The position numbers and the translations under genes were made by a program. Shown piece by piece: positions 53,890 through 64,000 of a DNA stretch of 64,000 nucleotides (within the stretch, counting starts at the first letter, position 1; each line of letters starts with the position of its first letter). This stretch comes from Eledone cirrhosa. Lineage: Eukaryota. The DNA is taken from positions 43,710,001 to 43,774,000 of the forward strand of contig OZ024741.1 of assembly GCA_964016885.1 (NCBI GenBank). Direction: 5' to 3'. The notes beneath the pieces were generated by a model. It worked only from the letters and a program-made list of their open reading frames with translations, searched no databases and had not been told where the DNA came from.

Positions 53890-55910
53890 TATTTATAAGA
53901 AGCTCTTACACATGTTACGCCGAAGTTGGGCTCTTCTTAGGCTTACAAGAAAATAAAGGATTTAATAAAGATCCCTGAATGGGTATGAGTAGGATCTAAA
54001 CATGGAAAATCATATCTCGGTGTTACAAAGTTAAATGTTTATGTTTGTGAACAAAGAGGAGTAGTTCCGGTGCTATTTGGAATTATCTCTTTAAATTACA
54101 TTCCACTATTACAAATTATTTATTTATTCCCTTCTTCTAGTTACTACGTGCTAATTCAATTATGCTTTGTGAAGCCAATTTAAAGAGGCACAGATAAGGT
54201 ATGAATATGAATGTTCAATAATATTAAGGTCGATGAAAATTATGCACCGGTTTAAATTAGTATGAAGCTGCAATTTCAACATAGGTTTAAACGCCGAGAA
54301 GTGTAGAGGCATAAACGTCAGGCCCTGCACGGTTACATGATTATACGTCTATGGTGTTTAAATGGTACAATCATCGATTCTGCAGAGATACTCAAGATTT
54401 ATTCCGTTAGTGTGGAGGAATACAACGAGGTAATCAGTTCTGAACATATGTAGTGCAACACCCTTCGGGGATGACGGAGGCTGGATAATGGTATTGTTCA
54501 CAGATGTTTAATTTTTAGCCCACCGTTTTAAGACATGTCAGGGCGCAGTGTAAAAGGCCCTGGCGCTATGATGTTTGAGTATTATCCGGGGTCCATCTGT
54601 AGAACGACTGTTGTAGTCTATGGCCGCAATTGATGAGGGTTTCGGCTCGACTGTTGATGAGATCAGCGGGCGCTTGCTCTATATAGTACAGCTCCATGAG
54701 GCAGAGCTGGCAATTTTTCTTGAAGTTGTAGGGTGTTGCGTGGTTGATAATTTCCCAATAAGTGGAGAAGCTAATGCTAGTGTGGTTTAATTGGCGAGGG
54801 ATATCTTAACATCCTATTCCTAAAAGAGTGGAGATGCGCTCGGAATCAAGTCTTCAACGACTCATAAGTGGCCCCTATGTAATATGTGACACTATTGTGG
54901 CTAGTAACGGAACATCTATATATCACATTTTTAGTTAGACATTGGCTCTGGAGTAGACAGTTAGCAAGGTCACGACAGTTGCAATGATTACTACGATCCC
55001 CTCCAAAGCGGCGGTTGTTAGTACCCACCGCAATAATATTATTAATTTTATCATTATTATCAGCACATGCATACGTCATGTGTTACAGCGCCTTCTACTG
55101 TAGTTGTTCGCACTAATAAGGTCCCTATTGCAGCCATCAGCCGCACTACTATTGCGGCGATCATGCCGGTCAAGGTTACCACCAACATTACCGCATGCGT
55201 TAGGGAATCGCTAAGGTTAGGGAATCACTAAGCTGCTGTACTCCCTAAGATTGTCGTTGCTAGGATGCTGTGTTTTAGTGGGCTTGTAGTTACATATCGA
55301 TGTGAGGACAGCTTGATTGGGTGTAGTGGAGAAGGATATTTTTACGTTATTCTTATTGGTGATTTTTCTGTATTCATGGTTAGGTGGGAAGATTTTCTCT
55401 AAGGCCTCGGAGAAGATTCTAGGTAAGTCGGAGGCCACACTCCGAGAGTAACGATGATGGAACCACACGACATTACGTTGGCGGTTACGTGAAGCTGTGG
55501 GTTTACTATGGGCAGTGCTGTCCGGATGACCGTTCTTATCGTTGCTAATTTGTTGCTGCCTAATGCGCATTTTGTTTGTGTAATGCCCCGGTGCGCGAGT
55601 TGTCCCCGTGTAGCGGTTCCGCGTAGCCGTAGGCAGATCAGAATGCGTAGGTAATAGGTCATTATATTTATTAAGCCTGTAAGCAGGGAATAATTCAAAT
55701 AGGCTGCATCTGCTACCATTAACCGGACCATGACACTTTAGTTGCGGTAATCCACCTGTCCTGCTACATTTGTAGTTACTATGCAGGCCGTATTTATTGG
55801 TGCGATTATCTATTATAGGTATGGCTCGCTATAACATTAGTCCGAGATGGAGCTGGTCGCCATAGAATCGATTGTGATATGTCTAATTTATTTTAATTCG
55901 TCGCCCCACT
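53890..55910 (-). mobile_element. GC-richer Nematis-like PLE fragment (family E)
   Basis: RNVVWFHHRYSRSV..IFPPNHEYRKI.NKNNVKISFSTTPN and CNCRDLANCLLQSQCLTKNVIYRC..YYIGAT; boundaries approximate. Confidence 0.8.
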
Positions 55911-55937
55911 GATTCTCCGTATATATATATGATATAT

Positions 55938-56456
55938 ATATATTAATAAAAGGAATTCCAACTTTGTCTGATTTACTCGTTTTATTTACAATCCTTTAAA
56001 ATTTATAATGGTATTAGAATGAAATAGTATGGTAGAATATTAAATGCTAAGTCTTAATTGAACAAGTACTTTCATGCATTCGCAATTTTCAGGTTCATAT
56101 TCTGTGGTGACAGTCAAGTTTGCAATTTTCAACAGTTGAAAATTGCAAACTTGACTGTCACCACTGAATATGAAGCTGAAGGTTGCGAAAGATTGAAAGT
56201 ACTTGTTCAATTAACATTTAACATTTAATAGTCTACCATACTATTTCATTATAATATCATTATCATTTTAAAGGATTTTGAGTTCAAATCCCGCCGAGGT
56301 TAACTTTGCCTTTCATCCTTACCGGGTCGATAAAATAAAGTATCAGTAATGTACTGGGATAATTGCTGGCCTTGTGCAAATAGTAGAAACAATTATATTT
56401 TTAAAGGATTGTAAATAAATCGAGTAAATCAGACAAAGTTAGAATTCCTTTTATTA

Positions 56457-56460
<4 letters not shown>
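55938..56460. mobile_element. Fold-back pLTR element with degenerate HHRs; SINE (56278-56392) in the right arm
   Basis: Arms centred at 56134; HHR motifs at 56059-56097 (-) and 56171-56209 (+); SINE TSD TTTTAAAGGATT at 56266 and 56399. Confidence 0.8.
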
Positions 56461-56492
<32 letters not shown>

Positions 56493-57941
56493 CTGGGTGT
56501 GGGTGTGCACGTGTGTGTGTGTGTGTGTCTCCTTGCGTGGATATAGTTATAAATATACATATAAGTATATCACGACTTAAATGTTTGGAGGATACATTTA
56601 AGATTTTGCTGGTGTCAATATAAGATCTCTGTACATTTCGTTCGTCAATTAGTCATCCTATTGACCGGTTCACTTCGAACATTCAAATTATTTAAAGAAC
56701 ATGTATTAATTTATTTTTTGTTCTAATGTTTCAACTGCTACAGATTTTCAAAGAATTGTATGTCATTTTGTGTTTATTGTCTTTTAGAATTCTATAGATT
56801 TGTTAGAATTCCATTTTATCACTGTTATCCTTCGTCAATAATTCAATCTTTCCAAATACAATTCTAAATGTCTCGTGAAACCTTTCCAAATATATTGTCA
56901 TCCACAGTAATTTAATATAATCTCACACACAATATGATTCCCGGTAATTTTGCTTCATTCCTTTCAATGTTAAATTAAGCAACCTTTTTTATTATTTATT
57001 TTATATTGAAATAAATCATTTAGTGATTTTCTTCCTTCACCATATTGCTCGTTCCTATTATTTCAAATAGTAATTTCTTTTATTTTCCTTTTCCCAAGAA
57101 TCAAATGTAATTATAGTATTTTAAGCTGAGAGGAGAACAAAAGACTTATTGAAATCTAACTGCCCAGGTTGTTTATGCTGGAGAATAAAACGACAATGCC
57201 ACAGGAAACATTTACGGTACACTAGAATGACATTTAGACGAATATTGCACAAATTATTTATTTTGATTCTTCTTAAAAGTTACAAAATATAACAGTACGG
57301 AAGCCATTTTAGAAATACATAATTTAATACAAAATCTATCTTTTCTGTCATTTTAATAAACATACATCAAAATAATTACAATTTAAAAACTGGCTGATGC
57401 AGCAATAAATAATAAAATATATTAAATAAAGGAAATAAATATATCTTCTCTTTGACACCATAATATAGGAACGCGATGCAAGAAAATTAATTCCTAATGA
57501 CACATATATCCACTAATTACAAAAAATAATGTATTGAATAAAATAAGGAGGTACATGATTAATAATTACGTTACCGTTGAAAAGACATGTCAACCAATAT
57601 TTAATTGTGAAATTGATAAGCACATATCATTTCAAGTTTATTTTTCCTTGCACTTAACACTTAGTCCAAATGATTGGAATAAAATTAACATTAAACTTAA
57701 ATAAATATCTCCCCATGGATACTAAGAAACACATTTCTAATATTTGAAGAAAGATATTTTTTATATTATTAAATTTTTGTCGTAAAGTCGGTTGGTGAAA
57801 AACATTGGCGAGGCAACCTATAAAAAGAAAGTGTTGAAAAATAGATTAGGAATAACGATATGAATTTTTTATTTGTTATCAAGTGAGAACTATTTCTGAA
57901 TTGACAGCAAAATGTTGAGAAAGATAAACGAACATAAAAGT

Positions 57942-58085
57942 AGGCAGAGACATGACTGTAGGACTATTGAGCTCTCTTCACAACCACGTGGTTTCCTGTT
58001 CAATCCCACTGCTTGGCACCTTGAGCAAGTGTCATTTACTACAGCCACCAGATAGCCAGTGGGTTGTGAGTGAAATTAGGAGAGT
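57942..58085 (+). mobile_element. Old tRNA-derived SINE (second family)
   Basis: B-box-like gttcaatccc followed by ggcaccttgagcaagtgtc. Confidence 0.55.
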
Positions 58086-58107
58086 AGAATATGTATGGAA
58101 GCGCATC

Positions 58108-58161
<54 letters not shown>

Positions 58162-58167
<6 letters not shown>

Positions 58168-58680
58168 AGGATGAATATAAAATGAAAGTGCTTTTTTTAA
58201 AAAAGGAATTTATTAGGTATTGACATATGTTTCTGTAACAGACTGAATACCTATGTATCGCTGCTTGCGTAATCATATAATGTTAGCAAGTATTCGATAG
58301 CAAATGTATAATCAGTTGTCACTTCTTCAGAGATTTTGGATAAATTGGATAAAATCAGAAAAATTGAAGTATTTATATTAGTAAAAGAGGAAGAAACAGA
58401 GGGGATAGTATATGACAGATGGTAAATTAATTTACTGCTAAACAAGTATATAATGGGTTTCTAATGAGAATACCATGAGTAAATCTAAATAAGAATTTTG
58501 GGAGTGCCAATTTTAATCTCTACTCGACCAACTGGACAGTGGACAGGGCTGGTCATTTGGTGCAGTAGTATTAATTATAAAGTGTCAATTGGGGAAGGGG
58601 GAGATTTCGATTGCTACTAAATAACATCAATGGTAGTAGCCAGCTGGTATATGCATTAGGGAATTGAATCAAGAAATCAT
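58162..58680 (-). mobile_element. Solo family B pLTR with HHR motif (about 58218-58332)
   Basis: Matches 10141-10675. Confidence 0.88.
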
Positions 58681-58689
58681 ATATTTATA

Positions 58690-58953
58690 TATATTATTCA
58701 GAATATTAATAAATGAAGACATTCACATAATCAAAATATATGTTTTATTATATATATTTCGAAGGTACTGTGCTGTTTTTTCAGTATGTCCTCGTCAGAT
58801 AAAATACATCAATTGATGTATGACATACCTCAATTCATGTATTTTATCTGACGAGGACGTACTGAAAAAACAGCACAGTTCCTTCGAAATATATACAATA
58901 AAACATATATTTTGATTGTGAATGTCTTCATTTATTAATATTCTGAATAATAT
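58690..58953. mobile_element. Fold-back element with an HHR in each arm
   Basis: Minus 58743-58804: UUUUAU CUGACGA G..UACUG..CAGUA..C GAAA UAUAUA UA AUAAAA. Plus copy 58842-58903 has U16.1 changed to C. Confidence 0.82.
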
Positions 58954-59062
58954 TAACAACTCCAGAAAACCTCTTTGTAGAGTGCTTTTAATCTATTGTA
59001 AAACTATATTCATTGCGTAATGAATGAACCATATTAATCTTTGGTTATATATATATAGATAG

Positions 59063-59233
59063 AGAGAAAAAGAGTCACGACCCCCACGTCTGAGTTCCGG
59101 CCGTTTCGACAAGAAATTTAGCAGTCGAAACAGCCGGAGCTCAGCCGTCGGGGTCCTGACTCTTTTTCTATTACCCACTCGACTACCCTAACTATCGTGT
59201 ACTCTGGTGCGTTATGGTCCACAATTCCTTCGT

Positions 59234-59235
<2 letters not shown>
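59063..59235 (+). mobile_element. Family C fold-back (3' half of HHR plus tail)
   Basis: Inverted arms around 59115; tail matches the reverse complement of 1001-1100. Confidence 0.75.
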
Positions 59236-59266
<31 letters not shown>

Positions 59267-59272
<6 letters not shown>

Positions 59273-59472
59273 TTATACTTTGGGAGGGTCATGTTGCCAA
59301 TAAGAAACACACGCACCACTAAATTTCACTTCAATTTATTATAATAAATTGAAGTGAAATTTAGTGGTGCGTGTGTTTCTTATTGGCAACATGACCCTCC
59401 CAAAGTATAACAATATCGCTTTCAACACACGTTTTCAGATAACGACCTTGCTAAACAAATTCAGAAACGAAA
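59267..59472 (+). mobile_element. Family D 3' tail with a perfect 150 bp palindrome
   Basis: 59267-59416 is a spacerless palindrome centred at 59341/59342; homologous to 1388-1525. Confidence 0.85.
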
Positions 59473-60329
59473 TATATATATATATACATATATATATATA
59501 CATATATATACATATATATATATACACGTATATATACACACATATGTGTGTGTGTATGTGTGTATGTGTCTGTGTGTGTGTGTGTGTGTGTGTATGTGTG
59601 TGTGTGTGTGTGTGTTTATCTTCCGTAATTTAGAGGTTCAATGAAAACATCGATAAAATAAGAATAAAACTTGTAAGAAATATTGAATTTAATATGATCT
59701 AATATGTCCCTTTAGACCAGTGGTCATATTTGTTCACAATCTATTGGCTGATACCAATGAAATCAGGAAACGAATAAAAGAAATATTTGGAAATAAAAAA
59801 TATACTAAATATTAGCTAATCTGTCTGCCAATGTGATCTGTAACTCACATTTCCAAACAAAATGGATTCTGAATGCTTGTAGCTGTAAAATAATGTAAAA
59901 ATAATGATCGATCTTTGTCTAATATTCCTTTTGCTTGAGTTTTTGAATTTAAATTAAACAAGTGAAAATTGATTTAACCAGAGCCTTGCAAGATATAAAC
60001 GGAATCTCGACAGCAGCAATTGAAACTTACACAAATATGTTTGAACGAACAAAATAAATTTATAACAAATATATGATGTAATAAAATAAATGAGGATTCA
60101 GAAAAAACATCAGTCACCAAGAGTAAATTAAAAGAAAATTGTAAACAGTTATTTTTCAGTAACATAACTCATAATGGTTTCGTAGTTGCGCGGTGTTGAC
60201 ATACCGCGTCTCTTGGGCATTATATGCTAGGCGGGGTCCATCCCTCTCCAGGTCTGAACACAGCAGATTTCTTTCAGAGAAGGATGAAAAGTGAGGAAGT
60301 GGAATTGAGAAAGACATATTGAGGAAGCA

Positions 60330-60720
60330 TCGATCCCAGTACTAAAATGGCACTTTTTCCATCGACCTCAATAGGATGAAAGTCAAAGTTGACCACGGTG
60401 GGATTTGAATTCAGAGAGCTGAGAGCCAGAAAGAACACCAGAAAATATTCTATCCGTTGCTGTAACGATTCTTGCAATTCGCCACCTTTGTAAATAGAAA
60501 TAAATATACTAATTAATACAGGCTTCTAATTTCAGCGCTAATCAATTTCGACTGACGTTAAAGTCGATTAATTCGACCCTCATATTTAATTGCTATTTAA
60601 TATTATCATCCCTAGAAAGACGAAAGACAAAGTTAACTTCGAAGAAATTTGAACTCATTAGCAAGAGAGTAGTAATTAATTAACGCAAACCATTTTGTCT
60701 AAGATTCTACCGATACGCCA
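60330..60720 (-). mobile_element. Two diverged SINE copies (about 60330-60490 and 60560-60720)
   Basis: ggatgaaagtcaaagttgaccacggtgggatttgaa and gacgaaagacaaagttaacttcgaagaaatttgaactca. Confidence 0.65.
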
Positions 60721-61164
60721 ATATAAAGATTGCTATAACATTACTGCCAGTGTGTCAAATCGGTAGATTCGTTGTTTCATTATCTCATCTGCGTGATCGG
60801 AATAAAAATGTACCACATATAAACCTACGGACAGCGAAGTGAATAATAGATATATATAATTTGTTTAGATCATTCATATAACAGCAGTTAAGAAAATCAA
60901 GCAAATCTCTAGAACGAACTCGTGATTTCTAGAAACATTTATATAATCCGATGAAGTATTCTTTCTGGAAGCAGATTGAGTAATATTTAATCTACGAAGA
61001 AAAATAAAGGAACTTTTGAAGACGGCTAGATTGATCGAAATTTTCTATCCATGGATATTAGTTATGTTTCTCTCCGAAGGGAGATTAAATGGTAATCCAT
61101 TAATAGTAAGAATGAAACAGTAATTGAAATCATGCAGATTGATATTTCTGGCATTAGATATGAA

Positions 61165-61480
61165 TAACATGTAGTTTAGTGGTTAGAGTGTTGCATTTAC
61201 CATCAGGAGTTTGTGACTGCGATTCCCGGTCTAGGGTGTGAGTTGTCTCCGTTAACGAGACACTGTATTTTACATTGCACCAGGTAACTCAGCTGGGAAT
61301 GTATCATATCCTGTATTTCCTTATTACTACATCACATGTGTAGAGAGAGAGAATAGCATGCAGGGTTGACTGCTGTTCTTCTACAGAAACGTCTTGTCAA
61401 GGTTTGTGACTCGGAAGGGAACCTTCTAGATACAAAACCCTTAATCAATCGTGACCAACATGGGTCTTACGACCGATGAC
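61165..61480 (+). mobile_element. Old tRNA-derived SINE (third family)
   Basis: A-box-like tagtttagtggttagag, degenerate B box, body ttacattgcaccaggtaactcagctg; a related minus-strand fragment lies near 63280-63342. Confidence 0.55.
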
Positions 61481-61580
61481 TACATATCATATGAGCCATT
61501 TATATTCAAATATATTTATGTGTGTGTGTATGTGTGTGTGTGTGTGTGTGTGTTTGTATTATATATATATAAATATATAT

Positions 61581-61723
61581 ATAACAAAGAAGGTGGTAAG
61601 AAACCAGATGAACCATAACGCACCAGAGTACCCGATACTTAGGATAGTAGAGTGGGTAATTGAAAAAGAGGGTTAGTTCGGATCTAGCTGTCGAAACGAC
61701 CGCAGCTCAGCCTGACTCTTTTC

Positions 61724-61724
<1 letters not shown>
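61581..61724 (-). mobile_element. Family C fragment
   Basis: Matches 1003-1090, plus a remnant inverted gtcgaaacg..gctcagcc. Confidence 0.7.
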
Positions 61725-61761
<37 letters not shown>

Positions 61762-61947
61762 GACAAAAAGTATGTTTTCCTACGTGCAAAAAATGCATAT
61801 AGGGACACATGTATTATTCAACCGTATGCCAATGTGGTTCTATGGCAGGTTAATAAATTAACGAGCCAGAACATGTAATCAAGGTTTAGCAAATAGAGAA
61901 AAAGTTTTAAAATAAATTTCAAAATGTTTACTCTACTTACTATATTT

Positions 61948-62031
61948 ACCTTTACCGCGCGGTTTCAAGTCTCAAAATAAATGGATAATCCATGCGGAAC
62001 ACCATTGAGAAGGAGACTTTCGTCAGAGGGT
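61948..62031 (-). ncRNA. Type I hammerhead ribozyme in a fold-back element (arms about 62006-62060 / 62237-62290)
   Basis: ACCCU CUGACGA AAGUCUC...GAGACUU GAAA CCGCGCGG UA AAGGU; the inverted arm carries CUGAUGA at 62269. Confidence 0.8.
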
Positions 62032-63060
62032 TCTTCTCACTCGGAGAATATAAAATTCCCGAGTTCAAATCACGAACTGGCGCCATACAGAACTGTTCCC
62101 GGATGAGAGTGCATGATAAGGAAACAATCTTGTCTAGTGACGTGTGTAAAGATAGAATGCAAGGGCTGAAAGGTCAATGTCCTGCCACTAGAAATAGCAG
62201 CAGTAAAAACGACCAAAATATTATCTCCACCTTACGGAATTTTGTACTCTCCGAGTGAGAAGAACCCTCTGATGAAAGTCTCCTTCTCAAGAAAGACGAA
62301 CTGGTGACCGCATGCAAACACTGATTGCGTAGGACTTACCTCGCCCTCAAACCCCATAACGACTCGGGTGGGTAGACAAGGGCTGATACCGGCCCACTTG
62401 CCGAATAAGTTAGGGGAAACCCCAGCTTACATAGGTAGATGTATCTCTTTTCTTTTCCTCTATGTCTTCTTCTTCCCCTGTCTCATCCTAACACTTCCTT
62501 CCACCCCCTATTTTTTTCCTCGTCTGCTTTTCCCGTTTCGCCTACCCCGATGCAGCCCATCAAGCCTCTGTAGCATCAGTTCCCCCACCCCTGTAATTTT
62601 AAGATAGAATTGGCCGAATACGTTTTACTAACTATTTATAGCAAATGTGTTAGACCCCTTTAATTGTGTATCATTCTTGTTACTACTCCATTTCTACAAT
62701 TTGTTTCTATTCTCAACTTACTAACCTCTAATTGTAAGATAGCTTTGTGATTCTTTTTATTCATTTCTCACTATCTAATTTTATATATATATATTTTTTT
62801 ATTTCTTTCTATTATCTTTTATTGTCTCCTACTGTCATTCGAATTACCTATTCTATAACCTCCCTCCTCCATTTCATATACTATGCTTAGAATCTGCTGT
62901 ATACATATCACTGTCAACGCTTGACCGGCTCCACTCACTCCCCTATTGTTCTATAGGCAAGTTCAGCCACCCCTACCTACCACCTATTGCTACGATAGAC
63001 TTATTTGTGTGTACAACACATTTTAACCAATCCTCTTGACAACTACAATCTTCCCATATA

Positions 63061-63175
63061 AGGAAGTACCCCTTGACAAGTTCGGCTATTTATTCACCAG
63101 GCTAAAACTTCTAATTAAAGTCCAGAAATAGCCGTCGAAACGGCTTGAGCTCTGCCGTCGGGGTCATACTTTCCT
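63061..63175 (+). ncRNA. Family C type I hammerhead, U3-A8 core variant, extended stem I
   Basis: AGGAAGU ACCCC UUGACAA Guu CGGCUAUUU...AAAUAGCCG uC GAAA CGGC-uugagcucu-GCCG UC GGGGU cau ACUUUCCU. Confidence 0.8.
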
Positions 63176-63341
63176 ATATATATATATATATATATATATG
63201 GATCGATCGACTTTCGTCAAATCGAACCGAGGAAACAATGTTTCCGTTTGTCTTTCCAATTGCTAATACTATCTATCGCAACTCCAGGGAGAAGGTGCAA
63301 CGTGAAATAAAGTGGTGTCTCGCTCAAGGACATAACGCACC

Positions 63342-63456
<115 letters not shown>

Positions 63457-63614
63457 TATAAGTACGTAGACGTACATACATATATGTATACAGACGTGTA
63501 CATACTTATGTTTAAGTAACAGCCGTACTAAGAGTGGGAAATGAAATTTCGTTTCATTTTTTCCGTTTATATATATACATATATATATATATATACATAC
63601 ACACACACACACAT

Positions 63615-63673
<59 letters not shown>

Positions 63674-64000
63674 TGTTACAATGTAATTAGATATATGTGT
63701 TCACGGGTGAGTACACACTCAATTTAGACAAACATATTATAAACTATTGTTCTGATGCTCTGATTGAAATACACCGATTAAGATTGAATCTAGTTAATTC
63801 CAGGAAACAAATACTAACTTCTAAATATACATATATAATTAAATCTCTTCACTCTTCGCCTCATACCACATGAGTGTGTGTACATATTTTTCATTTTGTG
63901 TTTCTGTACACAAACACTTACATTGATTATAGCCTTAAATCCGATAGAATTTATTTGTAGTGTCAATACTTATGAACCTAGCAGCGATTTCATTTCTTTG

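Noticed and set aside
53900-53945. Possible HHR relic at the 3' end of PLE family E
   Set aside because: Both core segments are mutated (CUAAGAA, GUAA), so it cannot be supported.

Overview
AT-rich eukaryotic DNA made almost entirely of repeats. The SINE family and (TA)n/(TAA)n density suggest an octopus or other coleoid genome (inference from recall). I found no confidently supported host gene. The window is a nest of decayed retroelements: at least five families of Penelope-like elements (PLEs; RT plus C-terminal GIY-YIG), R4/Dong-type LINEs with a restriction-like endonuclease (REL), one near full-length L1/Tx1 LINE, RTE remnants, two Tc1/mariner remnants and tRNA-derived SINEs. The layer the ORF track misses is RNA. 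Reading both strands by eye gives more than 20 type I hammerhead ribozyme (HHR) motifs in PLE pseudo-LTRs (pLTRs), short fold-back insertions and non-coding elements. Several have non-canonical cores: a U3-A8 swap (UUGANAA) and a family-wide U4A (CAGAAGA). The best candidate for a new system is a young, non-coding partial tandem at 38672-39631. Its two variant-core HHRs lie exactly 593 nt apart, as expected for a retrozyme that could release a 593-nt circularisable RNA. All folds were done by eye and no activity is shown.
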